From: Callorhinchus milii
Taxonomy: Eukaryota
Length of the DNA: 64,000 nucleotides
Assembly (NCBI RefSeq): GCF_018977255.1
Contig: NW_024704742.1
Span: forward strand, 128,590,001-128,654,000
Direction of reading: 5' to 3'
Part shown: piece after piece, positions 1 to 13,694 of the stretch
Position numbering within the stretch: position 1 is the stretch's first letter
How the letters are laid out: each line of letters starts with the position of its first letter
The notes under the pieces: model-generated
Seen by the model: the letters and a program-made list of their open reading frames with translations, nothing else
Databases searched by the model: none
Told to the model about the DNA's origin: nothing
Program-made: the position numbers and the translations under genes

Positions 1-272
1 TATATTTTGTGGGTGAAATACGGCAGCCATTTGCGCACAGCAGTGTCCCACAAACAGTCTTGGATTGAATGACCAAATTATTATTATTAATTTTTTGAAG
101 GGATTATTACCCCTGGAAAGGCGATCCACCAATCGACTAACAACCGGGTTCCTATTTACTGCTAGGTAACAGAGGTATGTAAAGTAAGGAAACTTGTCCA
201 AAGTTTCGCCCTGCCTGGGAATCAAACCCAGATCCTCTTACAAGTGCTCTAACGACTGAGCTATAGGATTCC
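1..272 (-). mobile_element. tRNA-derived composite SINE, long form (3' end cut by window edge)
   Basis: Reverse complement of the tRNA-like head, central TTTACCTAGCAGTAA-like block and GTTTGTGGGACACTGCTGTGCGCAA block. Confidence 0.85.
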
Positions 273-330
273 ACATCTTGTGGCTGTTTGTGGGGACTTT
301 GCTGGTGCAAATGGTCACTACGGATGCTGT

Positions 331-487
331 CAAAATCAATCACTACACTTGGCAGCAATTGATGCTTTGATACATTTCAATAGGATGCAGTGCCATGAAA
401 CTGTAAGTTCTATCTTCCTATGTCTTTACAAAGAGTGAGGAAAACAAAAACGTATATATACTTTTACGTCTTCTTCCCAACATGAAA
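331..487 (+). repeat. 157-bp direct repeat, copy 1 (copy 2 at 1584-1740)
   Basis: Direct comparison: 4 mismatches in 157 bp. Confidence 0.92.
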
Positions 488-716
488 CGCACTCTATATA
501 AATATGTAATGTATTGTATTTGTTTTGGGGAATCTTCATAAAAGAGAAACACGGATAGGAAAATACAGTGTTTGATGTTTATCACATTACATGCTGGATT
601 TTTCTCCTGACCTGCATCAAAGTGACTTGATGCCATTTAGGGTTTATTTTTTTGCAAATCTAACTATTTGATTATCCTGTACATATAACAAAGATTGTAC
701 AGTATGTCTCAATGCA

Positions 717-1052
717 TCAACTAGTAGCATACTTAATCTGGGGATCTTTCATTCCAAAACTCATTACATCTTGAAAGTTACTGGAGCCATTAATTCCAAT
801 CTGGAACCTCTCTCTCTGTTTCTTTGTCTCTCTCCTTGGGCTCCACCTGCAGAGATGTATCACTTTGGCCTCTTTTGGGTCAATGCTTTCTTGGCTCATC
901 TTTGTTCCCCTCCAGCTGCACATCTGCACTTGCAGTTTGCAACTATCTTGTGCTTTGCTGACATTTTCATTGCCATTCAGCAGTTTCCTCCAGTCATTTT
1001 CCTTGTGTTTGATGTTTAAGGTACCTTTGATAATATCATCATCAATCTTTAC
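717..1052 (-). other. Candidate unidentified terminal coding exon (111 aa + stop)
   Basis: Purine-rich open frame VKIDDDIIKGTLNIKHKENDWRKLL...QIKYATS* beginning right after ttttcag on the minus strand; no homology recognised. Confidence 0.25.
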
Positions 1053-1169
1053 CTGAAAACCACAGCATCCAGCAAGTCTGGAAGCATATTACAAGGACCT
1101 AGTCTGGAAGCTTATTACAAAGACAAACACCACTTTGCTCCTTTGGGCCATTGAACTCACAATTTAGAA

Positions 1170-1330
1170 TGTCATTCCAATGCAGGGCTGCGGGTGTGCT
1201 GTATTGCTTGAGGTGGCGTCCTTCACATGAGACATTAAATCAAGATCCCAACTGCCTGTTCAGGTGGACGTTGAAGATCGTATGGCATAACTCAAAAAGA
1301 GAGTTTCTTCCAGGGTCAGAGCCTGAATGG
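1170..1330 (+). mobile_element. Old DeuSINE/SacSINE-like fragment
   Basis: GCCTGTTCAGGTGGACGTTGAAGATC...ATGGCA block, also seen near 11240-11290, 59800-59840 and (minus) 63810-63850. Confidence 0.6.
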
Positions 1331-1583
1331 GAGGCATGATACCTCCTCCTCTGATTCTCTTGCCAGTGGCGTAACCGGGAATGGAAACCTTTGGTTATTG
1401 CTTGTCCACCATAAATTGGTGTCCACCCAAATTTCCATTCACAGCTACTCCACTGATTTCTTCCAGTGCCCTGGCTAACAATAAAATAAAATTGGGCATT
1501 CACTTCATTTGTGGGAAATTGTCATTCACAAGTTAACTGCCATGTTTGCCTATACTACACTTAAATCTGTAAATCCTGTTAAA

Positions 1584-1740
1584 CAAAATCAATCACTACA
1601 CTTGGCAGCAATTGATGCTTTGATACATTTCAAAAGGATGCAGTGCCATGAAACTGTAAGTTCTATCTTCCTATGTCTTTACAAAGAGTGAGGAAGGCAT
1701 AAACGTATATATACTTTTACGTCTTCTTCCCAACATGAAA
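1584..1740 (+). repeat. 157-bp direct repeat, copy 2
   Basis: Near-identical to 331-487. Confidence 0.92.
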
Positions 1741-4018
1741 TGCAAGTTGTTGCTGTTGAGATATCCTCCCAACATAAAAGGCGCTATATAAAAGTAAGAA
1801 TGATTATTAGAATTATTACTATTCAGTTCAATAATGCCAGATGATTTAGCTCTATCTCGCTAAAGTATGATTTCTTTATCATTTACTTCTCTGTGAAACA
1901 TTAGCTGGTTAATTTCCTTGTTGTTATCTCTTTAATTTTCACGGGTTTAACGTAGAATTGATAGAATTGAAGTGGAATATACTGTGTTAGTACATTGGGA
2001 CTAAATTGATGAATTACTGATCGCTTTTCAGCTCTATTGTCTACCACGAGCAGATTTTAGTCCAAGGTTGATGACTTCCTATTTATGTAAGTCATGCTAT
2101 TCAGTCTCGTGGAACTAAAATTGGCTTTAATGCTGTTAATAACACAGCAGGAAACTTTCTGTTCTTGCAAGTTTGCAGTTTAAAGATATTAAATGTTCAA
2201 ATGTAAATGGTGTAAAATTATTCACTCCGTTCCTAGATCAGCGGAAGCCCTCCCACTGCTCAACCTTGGAATTGGCCTCATCTGTAAAACAGGAGACTTG
2301 CATCAGGCAGACATCAAGCCCCATTGCAAATCTCAAGTCGACTTTCAGTGGAAATGAAATTTTAGTGCATGCATCGAGCTGAAAATTTTATATTGTCTGG
2401 CACATGAACTGAATCTGGGAACCTAGCCATAAGCATAAATCATGAGAAAACCCATAATGTTCAGGTCATCCCGGGGTAACTGGAATACAATATCTAACAG
2501 GTTTATACAAGGGATAAGAATTCTCAACCCAGAGTAGGTAAGTCTGTAGGTTATAATTTATTAACAGGACACATTGTCTTTCCTCTCAGATCACAACGTC
2601 AAGCACTTTGAGATGTCCTACTATCATGAAAGGCTCTACATAAATGTTAATTGTGTTGCATAATGTGGATATTTTATGAATTGGAGTTGGTTTATATCTC
2701 TGTTTTTGTAATTCTTCTGGTATTTTGGGGGCTTAGCAATGTCTGTGAGCACATTTTCTCACTCAAGAGTGAGGCGAGATGCTGAATAAATCTCTTATTT
2801 TTTTCTTTCCCAATGAGGTGTTTAACCCAATTACACCAGTCCGACATTTCTATTTTTCTTGCCCCCCCAATTCTAATCCCCTGCTTGGGTCCAAATCTTT
2901 GAGTGTCCGGCACCTTGGGACATCCTCCTGATGTGAAAGAGGCTACATAAATATAATTTATTGTTGTTGTTGTTTGGCATTATATTTTTCATTTGCTACT
3001 CTTCCCTTTTTCAATACTCTCTTGGCTCCACTAATCCCTTTGACAGCAGAGCACTGAGATGTTTTGATGTGATAAGGCTATAAAAAAATGCAAAATCTTT
3101 CTTCATAACACTTGCAAAAGAGAGATTACAAACATTTTATTACCCCAAATTTGACGAGAAATAATCTATGATTGCCAGGAAATTCTACAACCATTACATT
3201 TTACAATCTGGTTGATTTCATTACATTGCCTGCTGGAAACCACAGCCGATATGACTTTAGCCTGACTAGATATGTCGAGAGTAGAGTTCAGACGTACATT
3301 GCACCTCAGTAAATTATGTTTTGAGAAAATTGAGGAAATGTCTTGACTAAGTCCTCCTTCTTTCTCTCGGTAATGAAATTTGATCTTTGCTTCATAAGTC
3401 CTTTTCGATATTCTGGCTAAACTTCATTTCATTCCACCGGCAACAGAAATCAGCACTACATAAAAACGTCCGCAGACCAGGGTGGGCTCTGCTCCCCTTG
3501 AGTGCCACAACATCTATGCAATTTATTCTGATACTCTGTCACTTTGCCTTCCTTGTTCTCAAGCAATTTACGCTGAGGGCAGTTTTTCTGCTGTGCCTGG
3601 TTTCAGCAGTGAGCCTCAATAATGAACCATTGTGTGTTAACACATGCCTTAATTAGGGAGTGCAGTGAAGTAGAGTAACTATTAATCTGATTGGAATTTT
3701 TCTCTCTTAGTAAGATCACCGACTTTTTTTAAAAATCCACTAAAACCAATCCTAACACGCATGTAAGTGGAGAATAATAAAATGATCCTTCAATTTGATA
3801 CATCACCTAAAATGTTCGAACACCTCAGTAATTTACAGTAAATACTTGGTAAATATAGTGACTGTTGATATGCAGGTGTCTAATAACACACAATCATCCC
3901 AGAGATAGTGACGAATTGGGATTACCTTAAAACAATGCTTTTAGTCATCTTTCCTTTCCCCCTCAGCTACCCCCAACCCCTGCTCGGGGTTCCCAGTCAG
4001 CTATGTGAAATGCTTTAC

Positions 4019-4384
4019 AATAATAAGCCTTGCATTTGATATAGCATCTTATCACATTTTCGAGACATCTCAAAGCGTTTTACAGAATATACTGTAAAGT
4101 CAATTGACTATATATTTTGTGGGCAAAATGCGGCAGCCAATTGCGCACAGCAGTGTCCCACAATCAGTCGTGGATTGAAATGACCAATTTATTATTATTA
4201 TTTTTTTGAAGGAATTATTACCCCGGGCAAGCCATCCGACTAACAACCGGGTTCCTACTTACTGCTAGGTAAACAGAAGCGTGTGGAGTAAGGAAATTTG
4301 CCGAACATTTTGCCGTGCTGGGTATCGAAACCAGGTCTCTCGCTTGCGAGTTGAATGCTCTAACCACTGTGCAGCAGAACTCCA
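4019..4384 (-). mobile_element. tRNA-derived composite SINE, long form
   Basis: Head, central block, Deu-like block and L2-like tail with (TTA)n all present. Confidence 0.88.
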
Positions 4385-4914
4385 CAAGCTTTGAGACTTT
4401 GAGACGTCCTCTCAATGTGATCGGCATTAAAAAAAGGTAAATTAAGTTCTGTTGTACTGTTGGCCAGGATACCAGAAGAAACTCTCTTCTCATCTTGAAT
4501 AAATACAATATTACACCAAATAGCATTTGAGACAATACAGTTGAAAAAAATGCATTTATGTCTTCCGGTAAAAAGTGCCAACTATGATTTCTCCAGGGAA
4601 GCCCCTGCACGTCACATTGATTCATGAGACTTCTGCTCCAAGGAGATTTCAGGCCAGAGTGAAAGTCTTGTGAGTTGGTGTGTCACGGTTCTTTTGTGAT
4701 AAGTTATATTGTAATTGCTTTTCTAGCAGTTTTGCCATTCGAGTAATTTTGCCCTGACTCAAAATCTACTCAGACTCAAAGCCTCTCTGACTTTTTTGTT
4801 TAACAACATGGAGGAACATGAAAGCTGCAATATAACGTGTCATAAACATGTTTTGATTCCAATGATTTTTACGATTTTGAGGTAGGGATTGCATCAGAGA
4901 CTAAAAGAAAGAAA

Positions 4915-4952
4915 GTCAGTCAGTCAGTCAGTTAGTTAGTTAGTTAGTTAGT
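4915..4952. repeat. Compound (GTCA)n(GTTA)n microsatellite
   Basis: Read directly from the sequence. Confidence 0.9.
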
Positions 4953-5032
4953 TCACAGTGACAACAAAGTGATGTATAGTTAGAGTGTGGAATGGGAGAT
5001 TGAATGGGCTTATCTTTGTAGTCGATAATAAT

Positions 5033-5265
5033 GGAGTCCTGAAGCTCAGTGGTTAGAGCCCTCGCCTCCCAAGTGAGAGAAATTGGGTTTGATTCCCCGG
5101 CAGGGCAAAATGTTGGGCAAGTTTCCTTACTCAACACGCCTCTGTTTACCTAGCAGTAAGTAGGAATCTGGTTGTTAGTCAATTGGCGGATCGCTTTTCC
5201 AAGGTTAATAATTCCTTTAAAAAAANTTTAATAATTTGGTCACTCAAACCACGACTGTTTGTTGG
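5033..5265 (+). mobile_element. tRNA-derived composite SINE, 5' part
   Basis: GGAGTCCTGAAGCTCAGTGGTTAGAGC box A, GGTTTGATTCC box B, central block. Confidence 0.85.
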
Positions 5266-5467
5266 ACTGTTTGTATGTTGTGCGATAGTTTCATTTGACA
5301 GCATGTCATTGTCTGGCCAGCTCAAGAGAAATAATACTATGGTGAGCTGCATTGAGAAGAACAGAGAACTTCACTTCAGTTGACCCCTGTATATTAACAA
5401 TAATATTAATAATCCTGGTCTTCGATATAGCCTCATTCACGTTGGATGGGCGTCTCAGGATGCTTTA

Positions 5468-5526
5468 CAGGATTTACTGTGTATTTGTAGGATTTACTGT
5501 GTATTTGTAGGATTTACTGTGTATTC
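5468..5526. repeat. 20-bp tandem repeat, about 3 copies (AGGATTTACTGTGTATTTGT)
   Basis: Read directly; lies within a SINE tail. Confidence 0.85.
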
Positions 5527-8500
5527 ACAAATTGTATCAGCAAATTTGCACACAGCAATGTCCCACATGGAGCCATGAAGAGAATTGCCAATTTCATCTG
5601 GGGAGGATTGTTGGCGAGGACAATGGAGAATCTCCCTGAGTATTGTGGAAAATCCTTAAATTCTTAAATTGAAATCCTTAAATCCTTAATTTGGAGGCTA
5701 GTGAGTTCCTCAGTCCCACCACACTAATATAACTGGGACACTGCTGTGGGTAATTGGCTGCCGCGTTTCGTCCACAGAATATAGTCAATTCAATGTACCA
5801 TATATTCTGTGAAGTGCTATGAGACGTCTCGAAGATGTGATAAGGCGCTATATCAAATACAGGGATGATTGCTATTAGTGGCAAAGTCACCCTCAGAACA
5901 ACAGAAAATTGCAACAAAATGACAGTTGGCATCAGAGTTACATTCAGCATAGATATATCTTGTCCATAAAAGTTGTCTTACATATTTTAGGATTAGGATT
6001 TGTTTAAAAGACTTTCATGCACATTTGGAAGAACACTTTGAGGATTGTGTTACTAATGTTAAGATATGCCTTCTGTAGCCTCATAAATAGGGTCGGATCT
6101 GTTTGATAATGTGCTATCGACAGACAGGCTCATCACTGGGTTGTGATAAAAAGCTGCCTTCACAGAATCACAGAACACAAGGGCTCGCTGCATAAACTCA
6201 TAAATCACAGATACAGCTTTGACACATCACACTCAGACATTGTGAGTTAGATTGCAGTCAGTAGTGCATTGATAAATTGTGTCGCAAATTTGTTTTATTA
6301 TTCCTTTGTAACTAGTAGCCAGAGCCATAACGTGGACAACATTAACAAACCTCAGACATTTACGTCAGAGTGGGAAATCAATTCTGCATGTATAAACAGA
6401 TAGAGAAAGAGAAAGCTGCACAAATGAATGATAGAAACAAAGTGATTACCTACCTACCTAACCACCCTCCTACCTATCTACTGTTACAGTGTTGGACCAT
6501 GATAGAACTACTACAATGAAAGCTGGTCTGAGAAATGCAGTAAAGCTTTACAATTTCCATTCATTCTAATTGAGTTGAATAGGAACATGCAATTAGAATT
6601 TATTGACTTAAATGTATTGTCCAGACAAGATCTAATCAGTAGCAGTAGCGTCAAAGAGCAGATATGGGAATATACATTTGATTGAAACTGCCCTTTGAAA
6701 GATGAATTTGAGTTTACAGTACTGACAACAAATATTCAGTCATGTGGGAAAGACATGATCAAATCCTGATCACATGACCATTTCCACATGTTTTATTTAT
6801 TTATTTAACCATCTCTTAACCCTGGGTACAAGGCTTTCTCCCAGGGCCCCTGTAGAGCGATTCGGAAGAATTGACTGTAATACAGGGATCACAATGGTGA
6901 CCTGCTAATTTTCATCAGTAAAAAATAACAAGTTGCAATTTTCATTCCATGATGTATCATTGGTTAATATTACTGTACCTTTCAAACAGTTTTTCCCTTG
7001 TCCTTTGAAGCTCATAGGGAGATCCTATTCCTGGGATTTTTTTGCAGTCTCAGGATTAAACATTCTGTTAAATTTGGGTTAAAATTGAGTTGCGGAGTGG
7101 CTTTTTTTTCATACAGGATTTGCTGAATTGAACGTCGGAGGAGAAAATAGAACAAGACTCCTGTCCGTGGCAGAATGGCTTCTGTATACTATCAGGCAAT
7201 GTAGAACTGCCTCCCTCTATTAAATGGATGACACAAAACACAGGCATATTTACGCTTGGTTTGTAACGAGATTTTCACAGTGATTTGCTGCAAAATGCAC
7301 AGTATTGGGTTCAGCAGTGCAAGACAACAACTAACCGAGCTGGAGCTCAGCTGCCAAGCTGGTTTGAGAACACATTGATTTGTATCGCTGCCGAACAAAC
7401 ACAGCAGGTGCATGCAGGGGATGACTGATGGATAAATTTGGACTCCACTCAGAAATTGGGAGAAAAATAACGCAATGTTTCTTAAAACATTAGCTAACAC
7501 ATTCTGTAACACCGTGAATCTGTTGCAGGAAACGTTGCAGTTTTCAGCCCACAGTGCCATAAAAAAGTTCTGTTAGCAGGCAATCACATTAACAATTCCA
7601 TCATTAAAAGTGACCATTCATTATTTCCTGAGTCTGTGCCTCAGAGGGGCAGATCAGTCACTGGGAGCAAGGATTCTCCCCACTCAATGCCAGTTAACCC
7701 AGATCCAATGGGAGAGATAGTTTAGCTGGACAAGCAACGGGAAGCTTGCCAGACACTTCTCTCAATGGCTTTTAGCTGGTTAAACTCCAGCTGTGTCCCA
7801 ACACACACTATGGGGTCCTCAAGCATTGGCTCTTACCAACTTGTGCCAAGTATTCTCCAGAATTAGGTAATCAGGGTTTGTCGCTCTGGGGAGAGAGTGT
7901 GCAGTGGAAAAAATAAGAAAGGATAACAATGTATTTTATATAGGCTAATCATGTCAACTAAACATCTTAAAGGACTTCATGGGATTTACCTTGAAGTGTC
8001 ATTATTATTATTATAATTATTATTATTATTAGTGACTGTGGATTTCATAACTCAAACCTTTGTGTTAAGAAAAAATGCAAATTTCACCCCAAGTGAGCTT
8101 GGAGCAAGTCAGTTTAAAAATGGCCTCTTCTTCAACTGCAATTGATATTATCTGATCTAAAATCAGAAGCAACTTCAGGCACACTTCAGCTGGAGCAAAT
8201 TAATTTAGTCATCCCTTACAGTGTGCAACACAAAGTGTGGCACAAAGTATTTCATTAACAGGTCCCTAGTGTGCAGTTGGAAGGCATAGCAACAGTACTG
8301 CCATTTTTATTGCCTATTATGCTGAAATATTTGCTCTTACTTTGGAAGAGTGACCTCTAGTGTACAATCGCAGTTCAGTCATCAACCCAATTATACGCAT
8401 TACCCTTCAATCCCTTAAACCTCCGAGCAACCACTCGGTCAAGTTGCTATCGTGATGCCTCAAATCCGATTGCCATGAGCTGCAGGCCATCCAGCACTCA

Positions 8501-8873
8501 GCACTGTGCCCTCTACTGTACCAGACTCTGTGAGCATATTACCCCAATCCTCGCTCAGCTCCACCAGCTCCACAAACAACATCAAATTACATTGATATAG
8601 CACCTTTCATGTCAGAAGGACGTCCCAGATCAGGAAGATAATTTGAAACTTGTTTTTTAAGCAATTGATTTTCACTGAAAAAAATGGTTCTTAACAGTAA
8701 AAATTGGTGGATGTAACTGATGAATGACCTTGTGTAAAATGTCTGAAACTAGGCCTTATACATAAGTGTACAAAAAATAATTCTGAAAAGTAAGTGTTAA
8801 AAAATGAAGGAAAGGCAAAAAGGAAAGGGAACAAAATTACAGTTGAACAATATAAGTACTGTAAAAAAAACGG

Positions 8874-9000
8874 AAAATACTGCAGATGCTGGAAATCTGA
8901 AACAAAAACAGAAGTTTGTGGGAACACTCAGCAAGTCAGACAGCATCTATCGAGAAAGGAAGGTGAGTCAACGTTTCGGGTTCACAACCCTTTGTCAGAA
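8874..9000 (-). mobile_element. Penelope-like element terminal repeat fragment with degenerate hammerhead core
   Basis: Similar to 41373-41480 and 53553-53650; minus strand reads CTGACAA-a-GGGTT-gtg-AACCC-GAAA-CGTT. Confidence 0.75.
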
Positions 9001-10483
9001 TGCATATAACTAATGTACTTACTGAATGTAGACTATCATTGTACTGCTCTTTACCCGCTTCAGATCACACCTGAAGACCTTCCTCTCTGACAGTGCCTAC
9101 AATCACCTCCCCTTTCTCCCTAGCTCAGCGTCAAACTATTTTATTTTTAAGCGCTCTGAGTCACTACCCTGCATGAAGGGCGCTATATAAATGTATGTTG
9201 TTCTGGTGCTCGTGAAAAAAACAGCGGATGCCATTGCTGCCAGTTTTGGTGGTTTTAATGCCAAATTGTGAAGCGCTTTGAGATGTCCCCTCAATGTGAA
9301 AAACACTGCATCAAATGTCATTATTAATTATAATAAGCAACAATACTTTCCTTTCCTAATTAATTCATAATTGCAAAAGATTTCATGGATGTTCGTTCAA
9401 GTCTTACTGAGTGTTGTTATGTGGGCCTCCTGACAGCTGATCTGCAATCAGGCAATATATCAACTGCAAGGATTATTATTACTCTAAACAGTGGAATGAC
9501 TAGTTCCTTCCCCCACCCCCTTCACTCGCACACCCAGCTCAGGTAACCACCCAGCATGGTCAAGCACTTTGATACATCCTTCTGACGTGAGATGCGCTGT
9601 ATCATTGTAAATTGTGTTGCATTGTTACAGTTAATCTGTTTTCTGGTGAATTTGGCTAGGACACCAGGAGATTGCTGTGAGGTATTTAGCAACCAGAAGA
9701 CGCAGACAAGACCTTAGTTTATTGTCACAGATAAGACCTTAGTATATTGTCTAATACATTTAGATTTAGATAAAGCGCTCCGAGATGCTACCCATATGAA
9801 GGATCCTATATGAATGCAAGTTGTTGTTCTTCTTGTTCCAGATCTCTCACCACACGTTTTAGCTCCCTTCCTCTCCGCCACCCCCCCCCCCCCCCCCCAC
9901 CGGGTATGGAAAGCACTTTTAGACATCTTTGCCATGTGATAGGCACTATGGAAATGCAAATTGTTTTGCACTTTGTAATCCGGAGGACAATTGAACTCAA
10001 ATCCTAATGTGGGCAAAAACCCTCAATTGTTTGACCTACAAGCCAGAGTGCTACCACCTGAGCCGAACGAGGAGACCCTAGTTTCAGACATTTCACACAA
10101 GGTCATTCATCAGTTACATCCACCAGAATATAATAGGGTCAAAATTCAAGGACTCTGGCTTCACGGAGGTGGAAACTGAGATTGGTGACTGAGCAGAATT
10201 ACAGAAAGATACAAACCTGCATTATTTCCCGCTTACAAATCCCTTTGCGAATATTACAAATTAAGTCCCTGTGGCAGTTTTGAAGGGTCAAAAAGTCACA
10301 GTGTCTTAACTAGGGCACATGAACATACTCAACCAGCAAATCGGTTGCTGTCAAACCACACAGGTCGTGCTGGTAGTATCATGCCATGGAAATTGTATTC
10401 TTCAGACACAATCTCTTATTGAATTAAAGGAAGAGGCTGGAAGCCTCTTGTCCAGTTCCTTCGTGTCACTTTTTTTTCTTGAA

Positions 10484-10695
10484 GCCTGAAAATTCCCAAG
10501 GTCTTAGCCTTAAGATCGTTGTTTTAAAATGTGAGATCATGCAGAATTTGGGAAAATTCTTTAAATTCAGCCTCAATTTGGAATCTGGTTCTTGTTAAGA
10601 ACTTTGTTAAATCAGCTTTCAAATGAAGACAAAAGCTGATGCTTTGCCAAAATTCTGCAACATCTTATATTTAAGACAATGGGTTTAAAGCTGAA
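10484..10695. mobile_element. Palindromic MITE-like relic
   Basis: Imperfect inverted arms of about 50 bp (10504-10552 vs 10647-10695); terminus shared with copies near 38480-38505 and 53196-53222. Confidence 0.6.
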
Positions 10696-11724
10696 TGAAA
10701 ATATTTCAATGCTGATTTCCTGGGGTAAGGAATGCTTTGAGCGGGACTATAATGGGCTGATTATTTGTTAGTGTAATCCACTGACTGACTATTAGGCCTG
10801 TTTATGGACATTTACATTGATGCTAACATGAACCACAGTGAGGTTGGCACATGATTATGATGTGACTGGCTTTTTTTATTCTGGACAACTCCATCTAGTG
10901 GCAGGTAACATAAAGTTGATTTTGATATAACTGAAGTTTTTTTATTTACAATAATACTGTAGAATATTTTTGAGGGGAGTTTTCAGAGTGTATTTTTTCC
11001 TGTTAAAAAAAAGAAAACTGGGTTAAAAAATGTAATGAAAAAACAGGTACATTTGGTGAATATTTTAAAAACCTCAGCTTGAAGACATTGTATGCATTCA
11101 TCCTGTGGTTTAAGCCAATGTACACAATTCTTTCAGACACTTTCATTTTCCTCTTGACTTGGAACCAGGCCAAATCCTGCTGCTAACTATTACATTTCCT
11201 TTCTCTATATTCATTTGATGAAACAACTTAATCCAAGGTCCTGTCTGCCGGTTCGGGCGGTTGTTAAAGATCCTGTGGCACTGTTCCAAAAGAGAAAGGA
11301 GTTTTGCCCAGTGTTCTGGCCAACAATCTCCCAGAAAAAAATTGTTCATTTATGTCATGGCTGTTTTTGAGATACTGTTGTGTGCAAACAGGCTGTCGCA
11401 TTCGCCTACAAATACAGTCACTACACTTTACAATGTATCTTTGAGATGTCCTCCTGACATGAAAGGCACTATACCAAGTGCAAGAATTATTAATTATTAA
11501 TAAATCTACAACATTTACAACTAAGCGGAAGTCTGCTGTGAATTTTTAATTTGGTCAACCGAGTGTCTGACACCCTTAAAAACCCATTGTTGCAGTTAAC
11601 CATTTTAAACCATTGAGAACTCACAGAAACAGAACTTTCATTTGCCAATTCTGGGGTGCGGAGTCGCTACTCATGGGTAAAAGGGAGGAGGGAATGCAGA
11701 CACACACACACACACTACTTGCAC

Positions 11725-12290
11725 ATGAACATAAGAAGATAAGAATTTGCTAGGCGAAAGAAGACCAAGGTCCATCCAGTTTGCCTTCTAACATCCTGGC
11801 AGTTGCATGCAAATGTCATGTCTCAAACTATAAACTGTATCCCAAGATATTATTGCCTAACAGAAATCTATCTGATGCGTTCTTGAAAGAATCAACATTT
11901 TTTGCTTCCATCGTCTCCCTGGGGACGTTCCATATGTTCCATATGTTTACTATTCGCTCACTGAAGTAGTGTTTCTGCAGAATTTACCCCACTTCAATTG
12001 CAGGCCGTGTCATCTGGTTCTACTGTTCAGTACAAGATAAAACAGCTTATCATGGTCTATATTATCTAGTCTCTTTAGAATCATATAGACCGTAATCATA
12101 TTGCCCCTCAGCCTTTCCTTCTCCAGTGTGAACATGCCCAGTTTACCTAATCGCTCCTCATAGTCCAATCCCTTCATCCCATGCTCTCAATCATTTTGAT
12201 TGTCCTCCTCTGTATCTTCTCAATCGCTGCAATATCCTTTCTATATTGCATAGAATACAGGCATAGGTTGACAAGAGCCAAGGCGCTAGA
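11725..12290 (-). mobile_element. CR1-clade LINE 3' fragment (older family)
   Basis: (CATAAGAA)-type tail and degenerate CR1 3' ORF2 end sequence. Confidence 0.6.
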
Positions 12291-13694
12291 GACCCCAAAA
12301 TATGCCTTGGGGTACTCACTATGTACATCTATACATATTCTATTCTAAGATGACATTGAAATGTACAGAGCTGATTTCCACAAGTGCTAATTCATGTTTT
12401 TGTGCACTTCTGGGAGTAGGAATTATAGAAACCAACTCTGGCTGCAGGACAAAGTTGAAAACCGTGTCCTCAATTAAACCCAGTATTCACCTCCAGCCAA
12501 CGCTCACCTCCCACTGATTTATGGAACAGTCTGCTGTTCCACGCTGCTCTGGCTTTTAGTCAGATTAATAGTTAGAGAGCAGACAAGCAACCAACAACAA
12601 GCTAGGTAGTGCATACCGAGCTACTGAACTGAACAAAGCAGTAGTGTCCTCATTTCAAGGCTGAAACCAAGGAGATGGCAAAATCACTCCAATAGGAATT
12701 TTCCTGTCAAAAAGATTTCAAAACAAACTAGGAGCTAGTGTGCTCTCAATGTCTTTTAGTCTTCTTGGTTTCTTGATTACAAATTCATAAGTTCCAGTCC
12801 TTCAGAATGTGAGGCAATGCAAAAGATCACTGTACTTCCTTCCATTTGTGCTTCCTCCTGGGAGCTGCAGAGACTCCAGTCATCAAGCTAAATAGACACC
12901 GGCTTCTGTGAATAGACTCAAAGGAAACCTTATAAATCATACATGTCAAAAATCCTAAAGCATCATTAAAGACAAAAATCAATCCCAAATCTGCTATATT
13001 TCTTATCAAACATTTAATCTGCAACTTTGCTCTCTGTAATCTTTCTTTTGCACGATATAAAAAATATTAAAAGTACATTTTTGCAATACGTTGCAAAACA
13101 GAGAGCATATTATGTTAATATTAATATCATCATGATGATACTCGTATTTGATATTCAGTACATTCTGTGAAGCGCTTTGAGACGTCTTAATGATGTGATA
13201 AGGCGCTATATCAAATGCAAGTATTATTAGTATAATTATTATACAGCAGCTTATTACATTTTCGAAGCATCTCAAAGCCTTTCACAGGCTTTACTGTAGA
13301 GTGTAGTGACTGTGCGCTTTGTAGGTGTAATAAGCACAGAGCTTTCTAAGAGAAGGGAAACAAAATCTTTGATTCGTTGGTGATAAAATAATCCATTCCC
13401 CTTTCTGTTGAATGATCAGCAGGGCATGCACTAATCACTGCCTCTCATTTTGTGGTGAACTCCCCCAGGCAAACAGATGGAAGCATCTAATCCTGAAAGT
13501 AATCTCCTGCAGTATTTATGGAATACTGAATGGTTAGCACTGAAATTCAAGCACAAAGCATTTTTATTTTCATTGCCAACAAAATCGATTGAGGGATAAG
13601 AGAAATGGAGCAGTATAGGATTTTGTTTTGGCATCAGCCAGCTGGAAAAAAACCCACAAGGATCTTTTCCTAGTCCATTTTCCACATTCCTACC

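Noticed and set aside
5468..5526. CRISPR-like repeat array
   Set aside because: Head-to-tail 20-mer with no spacers, in a vertebrate SINE tail; no cas genes
9880..9900. Poly-C/G run as a functional G-quadruplex or Pro/Gly-rich coding segment (also 25495-25510)
   Set aside because: Homopolymer within a decayed L2 3' UTR remnant
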